DNA of 64,000 bases, taken from NCBI GenBank assembly GCA_002269645.1, contig NIVC01000105.1, positions 845,992 through 909,991 on the forward strand. The letters run 5' to 3'. The DNA comes from Macrostomum lignano. Its lineage: Eukaryota. A program made the position numbers and the translations under genes. Below, one piece after another: positions 22,887-35,459 of the stretch. Every line of letters begins with the position of its first letter. The stretch's first letter is position 1. A model generated the notes under the pieces. The model saw only the letters and a list, made by a program, of their open reading frames with translations. It did no database searches and was not told the origin of the DNA.

Positions 22887-23442
22887 TCAGGACCGGCACA
22901 TTGTCAGCTTCTTGAAGGCCAGCCGGAAGTCCTTGTTGAAGATGGTGTACAGAATGGGGTTGAGACCGCTGTTCGCGTAGCCCAGCCAGATCGCCAGCTC
23001 CTGGACCACTTCGACAATCTTGGAGGCGGTGTCGTCTCCGCCGCTGCTACCGCTGTCGCTTGTCAGGCCGCGGATGAGGTACATCAGGGTGAAGGGCATC
23101 CAGCACACGATGAAGATCACGATGATGATGAGCATTCGCTGAGTGGCGCGCTGCTCTCGCTGATCCGCCCGCTGAATATGCTGCTGGTGCTGATGATGGT
23201 GGCTTTCAGGATTCCCGTGCTGCTGCTGGTGCCTTCTCGACTGGAACACCTGCTGGACGATTGACTTGCGCTTGGCGTGCTGCTGCCGCTGCTGCAGTTG
23301 AGTCTCCTCCTCCTCGCAGACCGACTCCGTGGCGATGCACTCGTCCTTGGTGGTCGGATCCATGCAGCTGCTAGGAGCATTCAGTGCCACCAGAGTTGAC
23401 GCGTCCTCGCCATTGATGGCAACGGTTGGTCGCTCCTCGTCA

Positions 23443-23473
<31 letters not shown>

Positions 23474-23962
23474 TCTGAGAAGCAGCAACCCGGCCAATGC
23501 TCAGGCGCTTTTTCTGATTCTGCCTGAGCACCCGAGCCCGACGCTGCAGAACCACGAAGATTCTCGAATAGAGCACGATCATGACCACCAGGGGCAGGAT
23601 GAAGCTTCCAGTTGCCGAGTACAGCACGTAGTTCTTCTCGTTGAACAGGTCGCACTGAACCGCGTCGCTCGAGTTGTCGATTCGAACCAGCGACTTCTTG
23701 AATTTCTCAATTGGGTTGATGAATTTCTTGCCGTTCCAGCCGACCAGGTGCGGCAGGCAGATCAGGCCGCTGAGCAGCCAGATGAACAGCGAGTAGCAGC
23801 CGAAGCGCCTGACCTTCCTCTGCTCCCGGTACCAGATCGGGAATGCCGTGGCCGTGAACCGGTCGAACGCGATAACAACCAGACTCCAGATGGAGGCGGT
23901 GCAGTACAGGACATCCAGGCTCAGCCAGATGTTGCAAATGGCGATGCCGAACACCCAGTGGC
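22887..23962 (-). CDS. Aminergic class A GPCR (tyramine/octopamine receptor-like), terminal exon: TM3-TM7
   Basis: ccag acceptor (G|GC = Gly, then HWVFG); DVLYCTASIW (D3.32), DRF, SATGSF, CWMPF, WLGYANSGLNPILY. Confidence 0.93.
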
Positions 23963-24099
23963 CTGGTATAAATTTGTGTGTTGGAGAAAATTTATTTGAT
24001 TAAACTTTTATTGTTTTGTTTATGTAGACTACAGAGTTGTAGAAAATAAGTAAAATGTGTGAAGGACAAGAAGAGGAGAGTAAATAGTTAGAAGGAAAG

Positions 24100-24425
24100 G
24101 TTGAGAGGGAGAGGTGAGAGGAAGGAGTGAGAGTGAAGGGAGAGAGTGAAGGGAGAGAGTGAAGGGAGAGAGAGTGAAGGGAGAGAGTGAAGGGAGAGAG
24201 TGAAGGGAGAGAGTGAAGGGAGAGAGTGAAGGGAGAGAGTGAAGAGAGAGAGTGAAGGGAGAGAGTGAAGGGAGAGAGAGTGAAGGGAGAGAGTGAAGGG
24301 AGAGAGTGAAGGGAGAGAGTGAAGGGAGAGAGTGAAGGGAGAGAGTGAAGGGAGAGAGTGAAGGGAGAGAGTGAAGGGAGAGAGTGAAGGGAGAGAGTGA
24401 AGGGAGAGAGTGAAGAGAGAGTGAA
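24100..24425. repeat. Intronic minisatellite, 13-bp unit (gagagagtgaagg)
   Basis: Tandem periodicity. Confidence 0.95.
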
Positions 24426-24967
24426 TGAGGGAAAAATGAAAGCTAGAAAGTCAGTGAACGCCCAGCCTACAGGAGAAGGCAGTTACGGCGGTCCCCTTTC
24501 CGTTTAAGAATCGAATTTCGAACGAAAATTGCTAGGTAATCGGCAGCCATCAGTCTGAAGCAGCGGAATGCTTCCCAAAATGGGAATTTTAATTTGTCAG
24601 GCATTAGGCTTGGGTTTCAAGCTCCATTTAAGGCCAAAATCTTTGGCATCTCACTCGGCAGGAAAATCCGAAGTAATTTCTTGTACCCCTTGGCTACTCA
24701 AATTCCTGCTCCGAAATCGAGACAGGGGGATTTTTTGGGGGGAATTAATTAGCTTCGCTGAATTAACAGCAGCAGCAGCAGCAGCAGCAGCGAGAGGCTT
24801 GCTGATCCCTAATCTGGGACATGAGCTGCTAGCCAGACGCTGTAGCAAAGTGAGTGAGGAGCCCCTGCGAGTGCCACCCAACTCCCTGCTTCTCTCAATC
24901 TCACTTGCTTCAAACTGCTTTTCGTGGGTTGTACATGCTCTTTTGCGCAATTTTTAAAGCTCTATGG

Positions 24968-25490
24968 GAGAGAGTGACAGGGAGAGTGACAGGGAGAGTG
25001 AAAAGCAGAGGGACAGAGACAGGACAGGGAGAATTATTGTAAGAGTGACAGGACAAGGCACAAAGAGAGTTACAAGGAGAGTGACAGGGACAGGGACAAA
25101 GAGAATGACAGGGAGAGTAACGGGAAAGAGTGACAGGGAGAGTGACAGGTAGAGTGACAGATAGAGTGACAGGGAGAGTGATAGGTAGAGTGACAGGGAG
25201 AGTGACAGGGAGAGTGACAGGGAGAGTGACAGGGAGAGTGACAGGGAGAGTGACAGAAAGAGTGACAGGGACAGTGACAGGAAGAGTGACAGGGAGAGTG
25301 ACAGGCAGAGTGGCGGGGAGGGTAATGAGGGAGTGACACAAGGTGCCAGGGAGAGTGACAGGGAGAGTGACAGGGAGAGTGACAGGGAGAGTGACAGAGA
25401 GAGTGACAGGGAGAGTGACAGGGAGAGTGACAGGGAGAATGACAGGGAGAGTGACAGGGAGAGTTATAGAGAGAGTGACAGAGAGAGTGA
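24968..25490. repeat. Intronic minisatellite, 12-bp unit (gggagagtgaca)
   Basis: Tandem periodicity. Confidence 0.93.
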
Positions 25491-26014
25491 CGAGAGGTTA
25501 AAATTGTGAGTGGGATAGCCTAGAAGTTGAATCTAAGCTATCAAGGTGAATGCGGACAAAAAGTACGAGCCGTACTATTAAAATCAAGATAAAAGATTGG
25601 CACAGTGAGTGACACGTCAACTGGCAAGAATTATCTTTCCCACAATTTTTTTCGAAATGCTGATAGATTTATGGAGGCCCACCATCAGCAATCCTTGTTC
25701 CTGTGTCTGAGCAGGGACTGATAGAAAGTGGCTTTACAGCCACGTGAGCACGGAGGCTCCCCTGCTGCTCACAGATCCGTGTGGAGAACCGGTCTGAAGC
25801 CTGAGACTTCCTGCTTCTCTCGTTCGTAAATCTGATTTCCTGTCGAGACCTGAGCTATGCTAAGCTGCTTCAGGAATTTTTTTTCCTTTGCTTTTAGGAG
25901 AGGCGTAGAGTGATACTTTATGTTGAATAAATTGCTTGGCCCTGTGAATAATTATTTCAAACTAAGAGTGACAAAGAAAGTAGGAGATTAATAGTGAAGA
26001 AGCGAGAGTATCAG

Positions 26015-26225
26015 AGAATGATGGAGAGTGACAGGGAAGGATGGAGAGTGACAGAGAGTGACAGGAAATGATGGAGAGTGACGGGAAATGATGGAGAGTG
26101 ACAGGAAATGATGGAGAGTGACAGGAAATGATGGAGAGTGACAGGGAAGGATGGAGAGTGACAGGGAAGGATGGAGAGTGACAGAGAGGGATGGAGAGTG
26201 ACAGAGAAGGGTGGAGAGTGACAGG
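26015..26225. repeat. Intronic minisatellite, 20-bp unit (gatggagagtgacaggaaat)
   Basis: Tandem periodicity. Confidence 0.9.
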
Positions 26226-26584
26226 GTTATGATGGTGAGGAACCATTGACACTATAGTTAAATACAAAAAAATTAAATCACGATCATATTCCCGAACTTC
26301 CCGAATCCCAGGTTGAAGACACTGCTGCATATAAATGCAGATAAGGTATTGCTGCAAAGAATTGAAATCGAGTCAGATTAGTGATCAATTTAATTCTCAA
26401 AATTTAATTATTCCAGCAACTTCCGTCGCTTTGGGGAAGACAAAAATTTTTTTGCGATTTCTTTTTGATCTGTGATCCACGCAGGAGAGAGGCTTGTGCC
26501 CCGGGGTCAGCTAAGGTGGAGATTTTTCTCAAAAAGGATCGATTTTAAATAAGTTTTGAAAGCGTTTTTGGTACAGAACATTAT

Positions 26585-26875
26585 TTGTTAGATATGGAAC
26601 AGAATCTGATAAATATGAAACAGCACGTGTTAGATATGAAACAGCACGTGTTAGATATGAAACAGAGTCTGTTAGATTTTAACCAGCACCTGTTAGATAT
26701 GAGACGGAATCTGTTAGACATGAAACACCACCTGTTAGACACGAAACAGCATTAACCCGTTAGCTATGAAACAGCATCTGTTAGATATGAAACAGAATCT
26801 GTTAGATATGAAACAGAATCTGTTAGATATAAAACAGCACCTGCTAGCTATGAAGCACTGCTGTTAGACGTGAAT
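26585..26875. repeat. Degenerate intronic minisatellite, ~21-bp unit (tgttagatatgaaacagcacc)
   Basis: Tandem periodicity; same family as 38870-39522. Confidence 0.85.
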
Positions 26876-27429
26876 AAGATGTGTTTAAAAGTTAAAAATA
26901 GATCAGCAGGCGGCCCCTAACACGGGAAATTCCTGGGATTTTGTGGGATTTAATGGCGCCTGAAAAGAAGAAGCCAATCGCAAGTCCAATATGGGAACTC
27001 GGACTTCGATAGCAACTTGTTGGAACAGATTGGCCAGCATTTTATCGTTTCAAATTTGCATAAAAAGTCGGTTTCCAGGCAGTCATCAGCGCTAGCGGCT
27101 GCAACTCAATTTGATTGAAGATCGACCCGCAAAATCTCGGGATTTGACTTTGAAAAAGTTCCCGAATGGGAAAATAGGAGGAGAAGGAAGAGAGGAATCG
27201 AAGTGCGAGTGTGGCCTCCCAGCTCCCAAATGGGATATTGAAACTTCAAGTGGCTTCAGCCGCAGGGACTTCAGCGACCCTCTTGCGGCTGTTAAATTGA
27301 ACGGTATAACGAAGGAGGCTGGACTCCAGTGTGATGAAGAAAATATGAATTCAGTGTGTGACCTCAGTTGCACCCCAAGCGGACTGTTCAGGATTTCAAA
27401 TTGAAACTTTTGAGGCAATGAGAAAGAAC

Positions 27430-27730
27430 GTGTGTTAGACACAACCTGTTAGGCACAAACTGTTAGACACACAGCCAGCACAAACTGTTAGACACACAGC
27501 CAGCACAAACTGTTAGACACACAGCCAGCACAAACTGTTAGACACACAGCCAGCACAAACTGTTAGACACACAGCCAGCACAAACTGTTAGACACACAGC
27601 CAGCACAAACTGTTAGACACACAGCCAGCACAAACTGTTAGACACACAGCCAGCACAAACTGTTAGACACACAGCCAGCACAAACTGTTAGACACACAGC
27701 CAGCACTGTTAGACTGGCTCTGTTAGACAT
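27430..27730. repeat. Intronic minisatellite, 25-bp unit (ctgttagacacacagccagcacaaa)
   Basis: Tandem periodicity. Confidence 0.95.
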
Positions 27731-28595
27731 CGCTACTCTCCATTAGATTAAATCTTGGCTGTCAGCCAACAGTTCAAAAGAAATCTTCAACAATCTTTCG
27801 CAGTTGTCCTTTTAGCGGTTTTCCAGCCTAGAAGCAGAAGAACGGCAAATAAAGATTGACCTGACCGATCAGCCAGTTGGCAGCGAAAACATTTGTCAGG
27901 CCTCCCTCTTTCTCTCTTATTTGACGCGACAGATTGATCAAAAATAGGCGCAATGGCCCGAATTTATGCGGCCGCTATGGCTTCCTGCGTGGCATTGAGA
28001 ATTGGCATTTCACACCCGGCTGCTCACTGATTGCTTGTCTCTGTGCAGGCATTGCTACACTAGATATTGCTGCCGATGAATTATGCACCACATCTGGCAC
28101 AGTCTCTTTTATACATAAACAGAAAACTGGTGTGGCCTCATTTGTTTCTCCTGCTGCTTGTTGCTGGGGCGTCCCCAAAGGGGGAATCTGTTATCGAAAT
28201 CGATGCCTGAACGGCAGCTGCTGTAAAGTCTCAGAGGGCTGTTGTTATGCTCTGGATTGATAGCTCCTGCAGCCTTGGTACTGTGCCTGCGGCAGCTGGA
28301 CTTGTCCCTGAGATATTCATGAGTACCGCGGGGAGTTATTTATAAATAAATTTGTCAATTATATTTCTCCTTCAGAGCTGTATGGCAATCGGGTTTATGG
28401 TTTGTGTCCACCTACCCCCCCCCCCGGGTTGTAGGGAAGCTTGCAGGAAGCTGGCAGTGTTTTTCTTTCTGCTTTTCCGTTTTTCTCTGCTCGATGTGGA
28501 TACAAAATCATTGCTGTTTTACCGCCTTTAGATTGAGCACTACATGTGTTCTTTTAGGACTTTTAGGACTAAGTAGTATGTCTGAGTGTCCTGGT

Positions 28596-29842
28596 GTCCT
28601 AGTGTCCCAGTGTCCTAGTGTCCCAGTGTCCTAGTGTCCTAGTGTCCTAGTGTCCTAGTGTCCTAGTGTCCTAGTGTCCTAGTGTCCTAGTGTCCTAGTG
28701 TCCTAGTGTCCTAGTGTCCCAGTGTCCTAGTGTCCTAGTGTCCTAGTGTCATAGTGTCATAGTGTCATAGTGTCCTAGTGTCCCAGTGTCCTAGTGTCCT
28801 AGTGTCCTAGTGTCCTAGTGTCATAGTGTCATAGTGTCCTAGTGTCCTAGTGTCCCAGTGTCCTAGTGTCCTAGTGTCCTAGTGTCCTAGTGTCCTAGTG
28901 TCCTAGTGTCCTAGTGTCCTAGTGTCCTAGTGTCCTAGTGTTCTAGTGTCCTAGTGTCCTAGTGTCTTAGTGTCCTAGTGTCCTAGTGTCCTAGTGTCCT
29001 AGTGTCCTAGTGTCCTAGTGTCCTAGTGTCCTAGTGTCCTAGTGTCCTAGTGTCCTAGTGTCCTAGTGTCCTAGTGTCCTAGTGTACTAGTGTCCTAGTA
29101 TCCTGGTGTCCTAGTATCCTAGTGTCCTAGTGTCCTAGTGTCCTAGTGTCCTAGTGTCCCAGTGTCCTAGTGTCCTAGTGTCCTAGTGTCATAGTGTCAT
29201 AGTGTCATAGTGTCCTAGTGTCCCAGTGTCCTAGTGTCCTAGTGTCCTAGTGTCCTAGTGTCATAGTGTCATAGTGTCCTAGTGTCCTAGTGTCCCAGTG
29301 TCCTAGTGTCCCAGTGTCCTAGTGTCCTAGTGTCCTAGTGTCCTAGTGTCCTAGTGTCCTAGTGTCCTAGTGTCCTAGTGTTCTAGTGTCCTAGTGTCCT
29401 AGTGTCTTAGTGTCCTAGTGTCCTAGTGTCCTAGTGTCCTAGTGTCCTAGTGTCCTAGTGTCCTAGTGTCCTAGTGTCCTAGTGTCCTAGTGTCCTAGTG
29501 TCCTAGTGTCCTAGTGTCCTAGTGTCCTAGTGTACTAGTGTCCTAGTATCCTGGTGTCCTAGTATCCTAGTGTCCTAGTGTCCTAGTGTCCTAGTGTCCT
29601 AGTGTCCTAGTGTCCTAGTGTCCTAGTGTCATAGTGTCATAGTGTCCTAGTGTCCTAGTGTCCTAGTGTCCTAGTGTCCTAGTGTCATAGTGTCCTAGTG
29701 TCCCAGTGTCCTAGTGTCCTAGTGTCCTAGTGTCCTAGTGTCATAGTGTCCTAGTGTCCTAGTGTCCTAGTGTCCTAGTGTCCTAGTGTCCTAGTGTCCT
29801 AGTGTCCTAGTGTCCTAGTGTCCTAGTGTCCTAGTGTCCTAG
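28596..29842. repeat. (TAGTGTCC)n 8-bp tandem array
   Basis: Direct reading. Confidence 0.97.
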
Positions 29843-30654
29843 TCTGTCTGTCTGCCGGTGGTAGCAAAAGCACTAGCTAGACATGCAGGTTCCTAAACGG
29901 ATTTAGAACTTCAAGTGCCCTAAATTGAGATCCAACAGTTTCCTCAAGTTCCGCTTGACTTGCTTTGTAGTAAACTATTTTTTTATAACGACATCCAAAA
30001 CAAAAAACATTTGAGCAATCAGTAGACCATGAAACCATATACTTAACCAGTTGTAAAAACTTATACTTCAGAACTGCCGGCATGCGTAAGTGCAAGACTG
30101 CAGTAGATCGCAAGGCAGACAAAACACACATCAGAGCCCAGAGTCAATTAACCCCCAGCTACCCCAGATGCCTTCATCGACTGCGCCTCACTGAACACGC
30201 CCGAACCAGTTCAAGGACTCGGCCAAACTGAAGGTAGAAGATAATGAGTGAGACAGAGACAGAGAGAGAAAGGGGCAGAGTTAAGTAACGGATGCTTCAT
30301 TGATTCGAAGATGCCCGGCTCGAACTTCATGCTCAAGACTTATTAAAGCGTTGTACGAGCTCTCACGGTCAATAGCGGTCATCGGTCATCTCTTTCCGAG
30401 ACCCAAATGCAAAAGTTTTCTTGCTTTGGAGGATCGAATATTCCATTAACGGTTCATAAAGAATTGGGAGTGAATTTTCTGGGAATTTCGTAACGGGGTT
30501 CCTGTCGGACCATAAAGTTGACCGGAATGATGCTTTCAATTCATGCGATGTAGGGAGCGAAATTTGAGATCTTAAATACCAACTCAAAAATCTGTTATGT
30601 CAGTCTAGCAATCCTAAAATTTAATTCGAAATTTAAAATGTCAGATCCAAACTC

Positions 30655-33250
30655 CCGGATCCTAAATCCCGAATCCCGAATCCCGAATCCCGAATCCCGA
30701 ATCCTAAATCCCGAATCCTAAATCCTGAATCCTAAATCCCGAATCCTAAATCCCGAATTTTAAATCCTGAATCCTGAATCCCGAATCCTAAATCCCGAAT
30801 CCTAAATCCCGAATCCTAAATCCCGAATCCTAAATCCCGAATCCTAAATCCCGAATCCCGAATACCGAATTCTAAATCCTGAATCCTAAATCCCGAATCC
30901 CGAATCCCGAATCCCGAATCCAGAATCCTAAATCCCGAATCCCGAATCCTAAATCCCGAATCCCGAATCCCGAATCGCGAATCCTAAATCCTGAATCCTA
31001 AATCCCGAATCCTAAATCCCGAATCCTAAATCCTGAATCCTAAATCCTGAATCCTAAATCCCGAATCCTAAATCCTGAATCCTAAATCCCGAATCCTAAA
31101 TCCCGAATCCTAAATCCCGAATCCTAAATCCCGAATCCTAAATCCCGAATCCTAAATCCCGAATCCCGAATACCGAATTCTAAATCCTGAATCCTAAATC
31201 CCGAATCCCGAATCCCGAATCCCGAATCCAGAATCCTAAATCCCGAATCCCGAATCCTAAATCCCGAATCCCGAATCCCGAATCGCGAATCCTAAATCCT
31301 GAATCCTAAATCCCGAATCCTAAATCCCGAATCCTAAATCCTGAATCCTAAATCCTGAATCCTAAATCCCGAATTTTAAATCCTGAATCCTGAATCCCGA
31401 ATCCTAAATCCCGAATCCTAAATCCCGAATCCTAAATCCCGAATCCTAAATCCCGAATCCTAAATCCCGAATCCCGAATACCGAATTCTAAATCCTGAAT
31501 CCTAAATCCCGAATCCCGAATACCGAATCCCGAATCCTAAATCCCGAATCCCGAATCCCGAATCCCGAATCCTAAATCCCGAATCCCGAATCCCGAATCC
31601 CGAATCCTAAATCCCGAATCCAGAATCCTAAATTCCGAATCCCGAAACCTAAATCCTGAATCCTAAATCCTGAATTTTAAATCCTGAATCCTGAATCCCG
31701 AATCCTAAATCCCGAGTCCTGAATCCCGAATCCTAAATCCCGAATCCTAAATCCCGAGTCCTGAATCCCGAATCCTAAATCCCGAATCCCAAATCACGAG
31801 TTTTGAATCCCGAATCCTAAATCCCGAATCCCGAATACTGAATCCCGAATCCTAAATCCCGAATCCCGAATCCTGAATCCTAAATCCCGAATCCCGAATA
31901 CTGAATCCCGAATCCTAAATCCCGAATCCAGAATCCTAAATCCTGAATCCCGAATCCTAAATCCTGAATCCCGAATCCCGATTCCTAAATCCCGAATCCT
32001 AAATCCTGAATCCTAAATCCCGAATCCTAAATCCCGAATTTTAAATCCTGAATCCTGAATCCCGAATCCTAAATCCCGAATCCCAAATCACGAGTTTTGA
32101 ATCCCAAATCCTATTCGGAATTCTAAATCCTTAATCCTAAATCCCGAGTCCTGAATCCCGAATCCTAAATCCCGAATCCCAAATCACGAGTTTTGAATCC
32201 CGAATCCTAAATCCCGAATCCCGAATACTGAATCCCGAATCCTAAATCCCGAATCCCAAATCACCAGTTTTGAATCCCGAATCCTAAATCCCGAATCCCG
32301 AATACTGAATCCCGAATCCTAAATCCCGAATCCCGAATCCTAAATCCTAAATCCCGAATCCCGAATACTGAATCCCGAATCCTAAATCCCGAATCCAGAA
32401 TCCTAAATCCCGAATCCAGAATCCTAAATCCCGAATCCCGAATCCTAAATCCTGAATCCCGAATCCCGATTCCTAAATCCCGAATCCTAAATCCCGAGTC
32501 CTGAATCCCGAATCCCGAATACCGAATCCCGAATCCTAAATCCCGAATCCCGAATCCCGAATCCCGAATCCCAAATCCTAAATCCCGAATCCCGAATCCC
32601 GAATCCCGAATCCCGAATCCTAAATCCCGAATCCCGAATCCTAAATCCTAAATCCCGAATCCTAAATCCCGAGTCCTGAATCCCGAATCCCGAATACCGA
32701 ATCCCGAATCCTAAATCCCGAATCCCGAATCCCGAATCCCGAATCCAGAATCCTAAATCCCGAATCCCGAATCCCGAATCCCGAATCCCGAATCCTAAAT
32801 CCCGAATCCCGAATCCTAAATCCCGAATCCCGAATCCCGAATCCCGAGTCCTGAATCCCGAATCCTAAATCCCGAATCCTAAATCCCGAATCCTAAATCC
32901 CGAATCCTTAATCCTGAATCCTAAATCCCGAATCCTAAATCCCGAATTTTAAATCCTGAATCATGAATCCCGAATCCTAAATCCCGAATTTTAAATCCTG
33001 AATCCTGAATCCCGAATCCTAAATCCCGAATCCTAAATCCCGAATCCTAAATCCCGAATCCTAAATCCCGAATCCTAAATCCCGAATCCTAAATCCCGAA
33101 TCCTAAATCCTGAATCCTAAATCCCGAATTTTAAATCCTGAATCCTTAATCCCGAATCCTAAATCCCGAATCCCGAATCCCGAATCCTAAATCCCGAATC
33201 CCGAATCCCGAATTCTAAATCCTGAATCCTGAGTCCCGAGTCCTAAATCC
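30655..33250. repeat. 7-bp-based tandem array (aatcccg/aatccta)
   Basis: Direct reading. Confidence 0.97.
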
Positions 33251-33771
33251 TGTATCCGAAATCCCAGTTGTTTTTCTATAAATCCCAAAGCTTTTAACGT
33301 CTTACTTTATAATTAAATAATTATCCTCAAATTCAAACATTATTCCTGAGCGATACATAATTTCATAATAGTAATAATTGCTAATTATGATGAAGATACG
33401 CGGTGAAAATTGCAGTTCAGTAAATTTGTGCCCGTTTCTCTCGACAAGAGTCTCCCGTGCTCTCCAGCTGGCCAAAGAAATATGGAAATAATTATCCAAC
33501 AGATGTGGGCAGCTGAGATGCGGTTGAGATGAGCTTAGAGGCTTTCCCTGTCTCGAATGTCAGGACTGCGCATTCTTTGTTCCACTGGGCTGACTTCGTG
33601 CCCCTCTATAGGGAGAAAGTTCAGCACAATGGACAATTGACCTTGAGTTGCATGAGCAGTCGGTTGTTTTTGAGCTCATCATTTAAGCTTTGTCTTAATC
33701 CCTCTGCAGTTGCAGATAAAGGGAAAGTCTTATGTGAAACCTTTGCATGCAAATTTTGTTTGTCACAGTCA

Positions 33772-33968
33772 CAGTCACACTCACACTCACAGTCACAGTC
33801 ACACTCACAGTCACACTCACAGTCACACTCACAGTCACAGTCACAGTCACAGTCACACTCAGTCACAGTCACAGTCACACTCACACTCACACTCACACTC
33901 ACACTCAGTCACAGTCACACTCAGTCACAGTCACACTCAGTCACAGTCACACTCACAGTCACAGTCAC
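33772..33968. repeat. (CACAGT/CACACT)n microsatellite
   Basis: Direct reading. Confidence 0.95.
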
Positions 33969-34449
33969 AATCACAGCCATCAGACATCAATCATATCTGC
34001 TAAACTGCAAAAGCTTCTCGAAAGATTTACACGCTTTCAGCAGCTGCTGTTGATAAGAAAAAATTCCTTCATCGAAGTGAGTGCCCAGCAGCCCTCTCGA
34101 AAGCTGAGTTCGAGGCTTGATCCAATTATGCAAAAAAACATTTTTGGCCCTTCGAGTTGTCCCCAGTTCGCTCGAGAAATTCGAACATTTTTTAAACCCT
34201 GCTCAGGTCACGCATATGCAGAAGCGGGGTCTGCAAGAAAAATTGCAACTTCTCAAATCTGCTGGCTAAGATTGAATTCTTGGCAAAAGTGCAGCGAATG
34301 AGTTTAATTGGTCCTATAATATAATAAAATTTGCATTTTCAAATCGCCTTTGCTTTACGAAGTACGTGGTACGTAGAAAGTTTATTTTCGATACATATCG
34401 GCAACTTAAAAGTTTGTCTTGACAGAGTTATGAGTGCCCACCAGTTTGA

Positions 34450-35032
34450 CAAGGGATAGTGTCACACCTGTTAGACAGGGGATAGTGTCACACCTGTTAG
34501 ACAGGGGATAGTGTCACACCTGTTAGACAGGGGATAGTGTCACCAGTTAGACAGGAGATAGTGTCACACCTGTTAGACAGGGGATAGTGTCACCAGTTAG
34601 ACAGGGGATAGTGTCACACCTGTTAGACAGGGGATAGTGTCACACCTGTTAGACGGGGGATAGTGTCACACTTGTTAGACAGGGGATAGTGTCACACCTG
34701 TTAGACAGGGGATAGTGTCACCTGTTAGACAGGGGATAGTGTCACACCTGTTAGACAGGGGATAGTGTCACACCTGTTAGACAGGGGATAGTGTCACACC
34801 TGTTAGACAGGGGATAGTGTCACACCTGTTAGAAAGGGGATAGTGTCACACCTGTTAGACAGGGGATAGTGTCACACCTGTTAGAAAGGGGATAGTGTCA
34901 CACCTGTTAGACAGGGGATAGTGTCACACCTGTTAGACAGGGGATAGTGTCACACCTGTTAGAAAGGGGATAGTGTCACACCTGTTAGAAAGGGGATAGT
35001 GTCACACCTGTTAGACAGGGGACAGTGTCACC
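34450..35032. repeat. Intronic minisatellite, 26-bp unit (cacctgttagacaggggatagtgtca)
   Basis: Tandem periodicity. Confidence 0.95.
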
Positions 35033-35165
35033 TGTAAGCCACTAGTACCACCGGTCCATAGAGTCCGGATTCAGAGGGATTTAACTGTGATTGACAGCGC
35101 AAGCGAGAACGGTCGCATTGAGAAACGTCCTCAATAATCCCCTTAACCGCAGCACGCAGGCTTAC

Positions 35166-35425
35166 CCAGCACATTGTTAATAGAGGACAGAGGCAGAATG
35201 GTCAGAGCCAGCAGGAAGTCGCTGAGAGCCAGATTTCCAATCAGCAGGTTGGGAACAGTGCGCAGGGATTTGAACTTGAACAGTGACACAATGACCAACG
35301 CGTTGCCGAACAGAGTCCACAGCGTCAGAATGGACAGCATCACGGCTACGGGCACTTTCACGCCCAGCTTCCAGGACGATGAGCTCGCTGGCGACGGAGC
35401 GACTGTCGACGGAAACAGATTGTCC
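35166..35425 (-). CDS. Aminergic GPCR exon: short N-terminus, TM1-TM2
   Basis: cacag acceptor, gtaagc donor (phase 1); TLFGNALVI (N1.50), NLALSDFLLALTILP (D2.50); splices in frame to 23962. Confidence 0.92.
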
Positions 35426-35459
35426 CTGTGGGAGGAGAGGAGGGGGAGACGATCAGGTT

